Origin: Octopus bimaculoides
Taxonomy: Eukaryota
Length of the DNA: 55,640 bases
NCBI RefSeq assembly: GCF_001194135.2
Contig: NC_068981.1
Span: 26,275,926-26,331,565 of the forward strand
Reading direction: 5' to 3'
Made by a program: the position numbers and the translations under genes. This document shows positions 1 to 10,733 of the stretch, in pieces (within the stretch, counting starts at the first letter, position 1; the number at the start of each line of letters is the position of its first letter). The notes under the pieces are model-generated. The model ran no database searches. It saw nothing but the letters and a program-made list of their open reading frames with translations, and was not told the origin of the DNA.

Positions 1-34
1 TATATATATATATATATATACGCATTTATAATAA

Positions 35-826
35 GAGAAAATGGTTAAGCAATAGTTATTCTAGATAAGATATGAAATAGAGAGTGAAGTGGAGGAATGA
101 AAATAGACGTGAAATATGCGGGCATATGGTATCTGTAGTTCCATTATTTAGGCAGAATGGCATATATATATATAAGATTCCTGTACCTTGTGAGTAAGTT
201 CCAATATTACTTAAAATTTGTCATTCCAAGCATGGAGTTTGTAAACGGTGTTCTTGAATCGGGTTTTTTCTTAAGTGATTTAAAAGTTGCGAATGTATTT
301 GTAAGGTCAAATCAAAAACAGGAAGAGAGGAAAAAGAAAATACAAAAAGAAACAAGAAAAAGAAAAGCAGGGAGAGAGATAATAAAGAAATGAAGAGAGG
401 GAAAATGTACTGGTTAGTGGTCAGTCAAGTTAAATTGAAAGAAGGAAAAGCGGGGTGAAGGTGATAGATAGAGAAAGGTATGAGGGTGTAAAGATATGAG
501 AAGGTAAACAGTAAAGGAGTGTCAGGTACGTAGTTATAGAACTTAAGTGAGGGACAGAGAGAGGGGGTAGGGGCAGCAAAATCACTTAAAAAAACCTCGA
601 TTCAATAACACCTTTTACAAATTCTATGCATGGAATGACCAATTTTAAATACTATTGGAACTTAGTCACAAGGTACAGGAATCTTATATATATATACATA
701 CTATTCTGCTTAAATAATGGAAATACAGATACAATATCCCTGCATATTTCACGTCTATTTTCATTCCGCCACTGCACTCTCTATTTCATATCTTATCTAG
801 AATAACTATTGCTTAACCATTTTCTC
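35..826. repeat. Long inverted repeat: arms 35-281 and 578-826 (~248 bp) with a ~295 bp purine-rich spacer
   Basis: gagaaaatggttaagcaatagttattctagataag... at 35 is the reverse complement of ...cttatctagaataactattgcttaaccattttctc ending at 826. Pairing continues with scattered mismatches to aagtgattt (281) / aaatcactt (578). Confidence 0.85.
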
Positions 827-831
827 ACACC

Positions 832-879
832 GTCTCCGATGAATGGATATATAAAATATCCCGGAAACAGTTGTAAGAG
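832..879 (+). ncRNA. Degenerate minimal type I hammerhead-ribozyme-like motif (Penelope-type)
   Basis: gtct-CCGATGA-at-GGATAT ataaa ATATCC-cg-GAAAC-agtt-GTA-agag. It has a perfect 6-bp stem II, GAAA, a short stem III, a GUA triplet and a short stem I. The core reads CCGAUGA rather than CUGAUGA. Confidence 0.5.
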
Positions 880-3800
880 ATATTTATAAATGTTCTGGAA
901 TCTTTCACAGTCTTGGATTTTCATCTCATTCTGTTATTTTTTTAATATTTAGATATGTTGATATATGACTTACGTTGGACTCCTCATTTGCATAATCACC
1001 AAACCTTTGGGTCTTATTAGCACCATTACCTCTCATACCCTCTCTTTCTCCCCCTCTATATACATACATACGTACATACATACATACATACATANNNNNN
1101 NNNNNNNNNNNNNNNNNNNNNNNNNNNNNNNNNNNNNNNNNNNNNNNNNNNNNNNNNNNNNNNNNNNNNNNNNNNNNNNNNNNNNNNNNNNNNNNNNNNN
1201 NNNNNNNNNNNNNNNNNNNNNNNNNNNNNNNNNNNNNNNNNNNNNNNNNNNNNNNNNNNNNNNNNNNNNNNNNNNNNNNNNNNNNNNNNNNNNNNNNNNN
1301 NNNNNNNNNNNNNNNNNNNNNNNNNNNNNNNNNNNNNNNNNNNNNNNNNNNNNNNNNNNNNNNNNNNNNNNNNNNNNNNNNNNNNNNNNNNNNNNNNNNN
1401 NNNNNNNNNNNNNNNNNNNNNNNNNNNNNNNNNNNNNNNNNNNNNNNNNNNNNNNNNNNNNNNNNNNNNNNNNNNNNNNNNNNNNNNNNNNNNNNNNNNN
1501 NNNNNNNNNNNNNNNNNNNNNNNNNNNNNNNNNNNNNNNNNNNNNNNNNNNNNNNNNNNNNNNNNNNNNAAACATCACTGAATATGGTAATCAAAAATAT
1601 TTTCTAGGAAAAAAGAAAATCACTTTTTACCAACCTGTTTACGCTCTTATCGATTTCACTAAAGTTTAAAGGATGTTCTTCAATGCAATTTTTAGTATAG
1701 TTAATGAGAGAAATACATTAAGATTAATTTTAAATAGAAATATCGCTTCTATCGTTTCCCAGACAATGGATGTAACAATTAGTCTGTGTGTTTCTTGTCG
1801 ATTATGTTCTTTTGATAAGGGCATATTTCGGTTATTATTTTCATAGTGTAATTTTTTTACTTATGATGTATAAAGAGGTTCCTTTGTGAGTGAGAATGAT
1901 GTTTCATTTAAATATCAGATAAAATCATAAAGTAACAGAGTTTTATTCTCACACGAACCAAAAAAATAAAAGATAAAGGAAAAACACTTACTTTCCCCAA
2001 AAAGATTCTTTATAGTTTTTATTGTAATTGATGTTGATATTAGTGTTGTTGTAATTACTCCCATTTTTATCAGGCCTAATCTAGTAACATGATGCAGAAA
2101 ACCTACCATAAATTTCTAATTCAAATTACTTCAATCCACCTACGTATTCAGAAGTGTGTGTGCATTAAAACATGCTCGAACACACACTTTCACGTACATA
2201 CGCATTCACATACACATACGTTGGTGTGTCCGTATACATATATTCACAATTTCACACATACACACACAAAGCAAACAAACAAACAAACTTTCACATACAA
2301 GTATTAGCAAATATATGTGACTTCGTTTTGTATCAGAGCAGCCTCTGATGTTCTTTGCACAATTGATATCCCTTTGTACGCTGTCCTTTTGCTAAGAACA
2401 CGATTATGAAGTAATGCACATTGTATATGATATTTCTTTTATAATTCGTTATCACACTCCAGTCTCTCATTTATTTCTCTAACTGCCTCATTATTCAATT
2501 TTATAGTGTTACAATGTGGTGTCTCGTGAGCTATCAGGTAGGTTGTCTTACAATTAATTATGAGGTCATAGATTTATTTCTTGATCAGATTAACTCATTT
2601 TGTCTATGGGCCAAGTATTAATTATTTATTTCTCAAACATCTATGAAGCATTTTCACTCCTCCTTTTTTTGTCCCAAGTATTCGATTATTTCCGGCTTAC
2701 ACGTCTCCTTGATTATCAATGCATTTGGAAATTTGTGTCTTTTTCCTTCTTACGTCGATGATGCGTTGGGTAAACCAATATAAAACTATTGTGATATAGA
2801 GTTCACAGATAAAATCAATATGCAAATGTACGCATACTTGTATGTATATAGAAAAACAGCAGTGACAGGTTAAATTTCGAAATGACGTCCAGGTTCGTAT
2901 GACTTATGTCCGCGAAGTTATGCGGGACCCAGGACTCTGCATTCTGAGAATTGGCACGCGGAATGCCATCTTGCACAGCCTGGATGGAAATTTGACCTTC
3001 AGTTGGAGACGACTACCATGATTAATGTGGCACAGATATATATATAGAGAGAGAGACACACACACACACTCCCACACTCACACACTCCCACACTCACACA
3101 CTCCCACACTCACACANNNNNNNNNNNNNNNNNNNNNNNNNNNNNNNNNNNNNNNNNNNNNNNNNNNNNNNNNNNNNNNNNNNNNNNNNNNNNNNNNNNN
3201 NNNNNNNNNNNNNNNNNNNNNNNNNNNNNNNNNNNNNNNNNNNNNNNNNNNNNNNNNNNNNNNNNNNNNNNNNNNNNNNNNNNNNNNNNNNNNNNNNNNN
3301 NNNNNNNNNNNNNNNNNNNNNNNNNNNNNNNNNNNNNNNNNNNNNNNNNNNNNNNNNNNNNNNNNNNNNNNNNNNNNNNNNNNNNNNNNNNNNNNNNNNN
3401 NNNNNNNNNNNNNNNNNNNNNNNNNNNNNNNNNNNNNNNNNNNNNNNNNNNNNNNNNNNNNNNNNNNNNNNNNNNNNNNNNNNNNNNNNNNNNNNNNNNN
3501 NNNNNNNNNNNNNNNNNNNNNNNNNNNNNNNNNNNNNNNNNNNNNNNNNNNNNNNNNNNNNNNNNNNNNNNNNNNNNNNNNNNNNNNNNNNNNNNNNNNN
3601 NNNNNNNNNNNNNNNNNNNNNNNNNNNNNNNNNNNNNNNNNNNNATGTATATGTATTTTTCCATATGTGTATTTTCATACACTGTTTTTAACACTGTTTT
3701 TAACAATTTCACCTTAATATGACAATCAGTATGTAACACTACAAAGTTCATACAAAGCTTTATACTTTAAATATATTTTATCATCAAAGAATGTATATAT

Positions 3801-4102
3801 GCATTTTAATACTCAGACTGTTTTTTAACATTTTTTATTATTCTCAAAGACTTTTGATAATCTTTTTCTAAAAAAGTGAAACCGGTTAAGTAAATAAATA
3901 TTTTTAAAAAATAAGTGCATTTTCAAACCTTCTTTCATATATATTTCCACTCGTACGGTATTCCACAACTTTACTTTATTATATATATATATATATATTG
4001 TTATATTTCGGGACAGTCATTTATTTTATTTTATTTTGTCAAATAATCACACGCATTACATATTCGTTCTTCACTCATTTATTGCTGTTCTTTTTCTAAC
4101 TC

Positions 4103-5700
4103 GTGTCCATTGTGCCGATCAAAATGTCTCCTGATGTGTGCCACAGCACAGAGGACCTCCTTAGCAGAATCAATGACTGCAGCCATGCCTGCGACTTGGC
4201 CAAATGTAAACTAAGCAGTATGGACGTAGTATCTTATACCCATCTACTGATGCTGATTTTGCTGTGCGGGAAATGTGCGGCGGTGATTAGCGAGAGCAAA
4301 ATTGAATTTCGTGGTGTTGACTCAGAAGAACTGGGCCTCCTCCGAAGACTGACATGTGACAATGGCTACTTAGATGAACATGACCTTAGTTGTTTCTGCG
4401 CCATTAGATCAGAAAGAGGTAGAACTCACCCCAGTTACTATAACTTCTATGGCGAGGAAGACCCCTAGATAGAGATGGAACGGGTGGACCAGATCTATAC
4501 GGAGCCCTAAAAACGATAATCAGTTTAAAAACATGGTGGCCCAAGATCATACTCAAGGGCCACATATTTAAGTTTAATATCAAGATATATACCCAAGAAG
4601 ATGGAGCAGGCATCGGTGTCGGTATGGCTGGCGATGTGGTTAACCTATTTATGGTATGGTGGGATAGGAGACTCAAAGAGAAATTAGCAGAAAACTCCAT
4701 AACCCTAGCCATGTACTCCCGTTATGTGGATGATAACAAAATAGTAGCCAAAGCACTCCTATAAGACAATGTTTATGATCTAGAAGCTAACTCTATGGGG
4801 AGTGCCCAGTAAATAGCTTACTCCATCCACCAGAGTATCATAGTAAAGATAGACTACACTAACAGCAAACCCAACTATAGGCTGCCAGTTTTTAGGCAAG
4901 AACTCTGCTTAGAAATCAAGAACAATACGGTTCAGATCCATCCCTCACATTATGCCAAACCCATGGCCTCTAAATACCTGGACAGCAAGAACACAGTCAT
5001 TGAGGACAATGCCAAGTTCAATATTCTTATAGCAGACTTGGTGAGAGTGAATGTGTCTCGCATGTGCGACTCTATGGAATTGTAAAAAACAATACAACAC
5101 TTCATCCACCGCACAGGATTAGACTGTACAAATGAGCCAGGGCTAAGTACAAATACATCATAGAAAGTGCACCAAAGAAAGGACCAGAAAACAGATGGGT
5201 AAGGCCAATCTACGGATTAAAGCCCATATAAAATCCCTGATTTGTAGAACTTATCCATTCGATAGGATCACATGTACGGAGAACAATTGTATTGTATGTA
5301 GGATGAACTCACAGGTTAACTGTAGGGTTAGGAATATAGTGTATTACTTACGATGCATTGAGAGACAGTGCAGAAGCATGACACCTCCTTACAATGAAGA
5401 GACAGCACGTAGCGTAGGAGAACGTATAGCTGAATACTGGTGAGAGCTCAAAGAAGAGAAAAGCTTGTCAGTGCTCTACCAACATGCTCAAGCAGAACAT
5501 AGAAGTTCAGTCAATAGCATAGAGGTCACAGTATTATCGAGGCATAGAAATGACACGACCTTTAGACAGATCACAGAGGCTACACAGATATCAATAGACA
5601 GACCGTGCCTGAACAGAAAATACGAATGGAACAATAACACCCATCACCACACCGCTCAATATGCCGACTAAAGACTGAAGGGAGACAAAATCTGAAACAA
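4103..5700 (+). mobile_element. 5'-truncated, decayed Penelope-like retroelement (RT plus C-terminal GIY-YIG endonuclease), Naiad/Neptune-like architecture
   Basis: Frame-broken translation gives STEDLLSRI...SMDVVS(L)YP, QEDGAGIGVGMAGDVVNLFMVWWD and MYSRYVDD, then HYAKPMASKYL. It ends with CTENNCIVC...NIVYYLRC...YNEETARSVGERIAEYW*...SVLYQH...RQITEA...LNRKYEW, a Cys-rich GIY-YIG remnant. Confidence 0.85.
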
Positions 5701-6480
5701 ACAGCGTAATACACATACAATAGACATGCATGCACATACCTATGATAAATATAGAAAAAATAGAGACATAATAAAAGAAAAACCTGTATAAAGGGTACGG
5801 ATACAAACAGCATAGGAAACGAACCCATATGCACACTCAAACACACATACGATAATTTCAGAGACGGCCGCAACAATATCAAAAACATGACTAACAACAA
5901 TGGCATCAGAGTTGACGAACACAGAAACAGAGTGAATTACAACAACGGTACAAAAAGTCGGGTTCAAAGGGAGCAGCAGCGGCAGTGTAGTAAAGAACGG
6001 GGCTGAGGGGAGGGTAATAGTGCTATTAAGAACAATGACACACGCACACACACACACACACACACATACACCCCCCCACACACACATAATCACACACGCA
6101 AACACATGTATACACACAAACAAACACAAATGCATTCGCATATAAGGATATATATATCATAGAAGAATAGCGAGAGTAAGAGCACACACAAAAACGGAAA
6201 GTATTGCTGAGTAGACCACAAATGTGTGACAAAAGTTTTCCGGGTAATGGACATGAATTAGAGTAAGAACAGTAATAAACAATTGAAGAACGAATACACA
6301 GTTGTGCTTATTTGGCCCCAAAAAATATTATAATAATAACAATCTCAAAATACATTATCTGCTTCAACACACGACTTTACATCAGGAATCTTGCAACACA
6401 AACTCATAAATGTATATATATATATGTCATCATATCGAATCATATATCTCATATCACATAATATCATAATGTATGTAAAA

Positions 6481-6603
6481 GGGCACGTAGCGCTGGAGTA
6501 ACGCGAAATAAAGTGTCCTGCTTAAGAACACAACACACAACCCCGTCCGGAAATCAAATCCACTACCTCGTGATTGTTATCCCGACACTCTAACCATTTA
6601 GCC
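6481..6603 (-). mobile_element. tRNA-derived SINE 5' fragment (same family as 50813-51161)
   Basis: Reverse complement ggctaaatggttagagtgtcg...gatttgatttccggacggggttgtgtgttgtgttcttaagcaggacactttatttc matches the head of the 50.8 kb copy, with A/B-box-like motifs. Confidence 0.7.
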
Positions 6604-7974
6604 TTCACTAACTTCATTAGATACTATTAACGTCATTCTGAATGAGAAATGGTTTCAGATCAAAGATTATATTGTTTTATTTCTTCATTACTTATAAAGA
6701 CTTTTAAAGATTATGTTGTTTATTATTCAATGTATTCCTCTTTTAGATTAGCTAAATTCGTCAAAAGTAAGTTTACCCATCATCCCAAATAGTCCTAAGC
6801 GTGAATGTTCAATACGTTGAGTTTCTGTAAGCCATGCTACTAGATAGATTGTCGGTGACGTTGTGCTGGGTTCATCTGTACTTTTGATGAGCTTGATTTT
6901 TGTGTTGCAATCTCTCTAGCAATCCCTCTTAAACAGGCTAACCGAGTAGGCATACCGGTTTAGTCACTGCTGACTCCCTTTTGTAACAGGTTGCACTGCT
7001 TTACATGCAAATTATAGCACTCATAAGCTATCTAATCTTAATACGTAAACGCTTGTTCATACACGAAAATATGTATTTATATATTACATGCACACACACT
7101 CACACACACATATATATATGTGTATGTGTGTGTTTGTGTGTGTGTGTGTGTGTGTGTATGTGTTTATACATGTGCTATATGCAAAATGATATGTACATCT
7201 TACTCACTCATAAGGTTATGAAGATACTTCACTACTTTATTGAACGTTTTCGTTTACATTTTTAGCCGGCTGAAAATACATTAAGTACTTGGAGGATAAA
7301 TATACTACAAGAAATAAAATGAAAACAGCAAGCTGGAAACTAAATATCTTAGCTTCATTTAAAAAAAAAGATAAGTAACACTTTTTACTAATATATACAT
7401 AACCATTTGATATAGAAAATCGACGAATACATAAACGCTTTCGTCCAACTTAAGTTACTTGGTATTATATGTATGCATGTACAAAAGTAAAACCTTACAT
7501 TTATAGATGCAGATAAACGTATGCACCAAGTAAACCAAATATTTGATATGCTTTGATGAAAATTATGAAGAATCCATTTATCAAAAGCATTTCTCTCGCT
7601 TTTAAAGTAATGCGAACCTGTAAAGATCTCAGATACATCACAGGAATGTTATGGTGTTGGTTATGTTGTTAGTGCAACTAAATTCTTTCCTACGAGACAC
7701 AAGATTCAACGATATATAAGCAATTAGTTGCGAACTCCAAAATTCATTCTATGTTAGCCAGTCGGCCCGCTAGAAATAGAAAACAATATCTCTCAGAAAT
7801 TACTTTGTATTATTTTAGGGCAATTTTTATGTCGTCCTAGATATACTGAGGAAAAATCAGAGGGTTGCGGCTACAGATTTTTATAATGATGGTAAAGATG
7901 ATAATTTTACAAAAAGCCTATATTTATAGTTTTTCTCATAAGTGTATACTTCTAACAGTGTAGACTTAATAATA

Positions 7975-9010
7975 TTGAGTTATCCCAAAAATAATGCGTG
8001 TTTTTTTTATATTTCATTTATTCTTAAAATTTAAGATGAACAAAGGTCTTTTTTAATCTACTCTTCTTCGTTTTCTGCAATGCTCTTCTATGGGGCCGAG
8101 CATTATCCTGATGGAAGATCATCTTTTGTCTTGATACAAATGATGGTCGTTTTTCTTCAAGCGCTAATTTCAGCCGCTCTAGTTGCTCGCAGTAGATGAC
8201 CTTTGCTATCGTTTGGTTTAGGTTTAAATGTTCATTGTGTGCTAAACATTTCATATCCTACCAAACAGATAACAACACCTTACGTGGGTGAAGACCCTCT
8301 TTAGCCGTGAGTGCCGGTGTATCGCCTTTCCTTCCAAATTTCTTTGGCGTTTGACAGTTTTATACAGAACCCATTTCTCGTCATTAGACTCTATTCGGTT
8401 CAAAGAAGGTTCATTTATGAGACGTGACAGCAAAGAAAAGAAAACATTCACTCTCTGCGCGGGATTAGATTCGGAAAAAATACTGACCCAATTTGCTGAC
8501 TTTTCCGAAGGCACATAGGTGTCCATGAATGGTTGAATGATCAAATCTAAGCTCCTCTGCTAGTTCCTCAACACTTATGGCAAGATTTTGTTCCACCAGG
8601 GAGTGCAGGACGTCCTCGTCGAGCTCTACAGATCCTCCAGGATGCGGCCCGTCTTCTAGGCTGTAGTTTCCGGCTCAGAAATTCTGGAACCACCGTTGAC
8701 ACTGGCTTACGCTTGCTGTCCGATCCCCATGTACTGCATAATATTCCTCGCACTTTCCGCTGTTTTCTTGCCTTTATTGAACTCATAAAGTAAAATATGC
8801 CGCATATACTCCTTCGTCACTTCCATTATAACTTTGAAAAATAACTGTTAAAGTCGAACTGCACACTTCAAACTTTGCTTTAATAATAAGTACAAGGTAA
8901 AATTACAACCTGCTTTTATAGCAAGTTGATGCAGGTAGTTTATCCTGTCCCCCTCCAACTTTTAGTTCATGCAATTGAAAAAAAACTGCATTATTTATGA
9001 GATGACAGAT
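7975..9010 (-). mobile_element. Mariner DNA transposon, internally deleted, with pseudogenised transposase
   Basis: TA-flanked imperfect TIRs: gttatcccaaaaataatgcgtgttttt versus reverse complement gtcatctcataaataatgcagtttttt. The start at 8826 reads MEVTKEYMRHILLYEFNKG, followed by NRIESNDEKWVLY, NQTIAKVIYCEQLERL and IFHQDNARPH. The YSPDL region is absent. Confidence 0.9.
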
Positions 9011-9020
9011 TATATCATAA

Positions 9021-9070
9021 GCAGCAACAAAAGCAGCAGCAGCAGCAGCAGCAGTAGCAGCAACAACAGC
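9021..9070. repeat. Imperfect (CAG/CAA)n microsatellite
   Basis: gcagcaacaaaagcagcagcagcagcagcagcagtagcagcaacaacagc. Confidence 0.9.
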
Positions 9071-10105
9071 TGAAGCTGCAGTAATGGCAGAAGTAGCAGA
9101 ACATCAACAGTTTCAGTAATGTTTTGTTTGCACACGTGGTTTGACCAGATCTTAGTGTTATTAATAAATTTCTTAAGTCGAAGTCTGCTTTCAAAATGAA
9201 AAAGTATTTAACTATGGCCTAAGAGGAAAACTGTATTGTAGCATCACATTTTGTAAATCCAAAAATATTTTTACAGGACAAACGATCCACATTGTTGTTA
9301 AGTTAGTGTAATTCTATTTAATTGAGAGACGACAAAGAAACTAATTAGAAATAAATCAGTGGTATGTATGAAAAACAAGAGACGTTATTAGAAAAAGAAT
9401 ATTTTTTTTCCGGCAGAAACGGGAGATGCTGCCTCACATATTCTGGCTTTATTCTGAAATCTATGGGAAAGTATTGCTTCCCCACATTTGCTAATATCTT
9501 TATATTGCAGATTTTTGACATGTATGAGTATACCTCTCCCAAAATCATAAAAGCTAAGATTTAATAGGCTACACCCGTATATAGGATTGAATAAAATTCG
9601 ATAAATTCTTGGTGTCTATTTTATTGGTTTCGAAGGTTATAAAATGTATAAAATGCAATGTTTAATGCTATGCGCATACCAAATCAGAGCGCAGAAGGAA
9701 ATTAAACACAACTTTCTCACATTGTCATGCCTCTCACAAAAGCCGGATTGTGAATGTAAATAAAGTCTCCTATAATAACAAACACAAAAACAACCGATAT
9801 CGCAAGGCTACTAGTTGAGGGGCTGATACATTATATCTTGCTCCCAGAGGTATGCTATTTCCAATACCAAAATAACGTTTATCTTGATAGCTCCAAGATG
9901 ATGTAAGTAGATATGCTGAACGTTAGAGTCTTGGATACGAATGGCCAGTGGGTAAAAATCTGTTGAAATGAATTTTCAGACTTTTCCATGCAACCTGGTT
10001 TATTTGAGATAATAAAGCATTTTCGAGTAAGCAAACTTATAATGGAGTGAGGTTATGATGGCATTATTAGCTCGGTGTATGTATTACAAAAAAAAAAAGG
10101 AACGC

Positions 10106-10138
<33 letters not shown>

Positions 10139-10571
10139 NNNNNNNNNNNNNNNNNNNNNNNNNNNNNNNNNNNNNNNNNNNNNNNNNNNNNNNNNNNNNN
10201 NNNNNNNNNNNNNNNNNNNNNNNNNNNNNNNNNNNNNNNNNNNNNNNNNNNNNNNNNNNNNNNNNNNNNNNNNNNNNNNNNNNNNNNNNNNNNNNNNNNN
10301 NNNNNNNNNNNNNNNNNNNNNNNNNNNNNNNNNNNNNNNNNNNNNNNNNNNNNNNNNNNNNNNNNNNNNNNNNNNNNNNNNNNNNNNNNNNNNNNNNNNN
10401 NNNNNNNNNNNNNNNNNNNNNNNNNNNNNNNNNNNNNNNNNNNNNNNNNNNNNNNNNNNNNNNNNNNNNNNNNNNNNNNNNNNNNNNNNNNNNNNNNNNN
10501 NNNNNNNNNNNNNNNNNNNNNNNNNNNNNNNNNNNNNNNNNNNNNNNACTCATCGATGAAAATCCACTATC

Positions 10572-10733
10572 ACATATAGAATAATTAACAATTAAAAGCA
10601 CAATAAATGTGCATAAAATAAAACAAAGTAAATACCATAAGATAAAGATAATATTATCTTTACCTTATGTTATTTACTTTGTTTTATTTTATGCACATTT
10701 ATTGTGCTTTTAATTGTTAATATTTCTATATGT
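10572..10733. repeat. 162-bp near-perfect AT-rich palindrome with no spacer
   Basis: Centre gataat|attatc at 10652/10653. The two 81-bp arms are reverse complements with only a few mismatches. Confidence 0.9.

Noticed and set aside
5441-5443. In-frame TGA in the Penelope-like endonuclease as a possible selenocysteine
   Set aside because: It follows EYW at a position that is usually Arg/Lys, not a Cys position, so CGA-to-TGA decay is simpler. All Cys-motif codons here are TGT/TGC, and the copy has many other stops.
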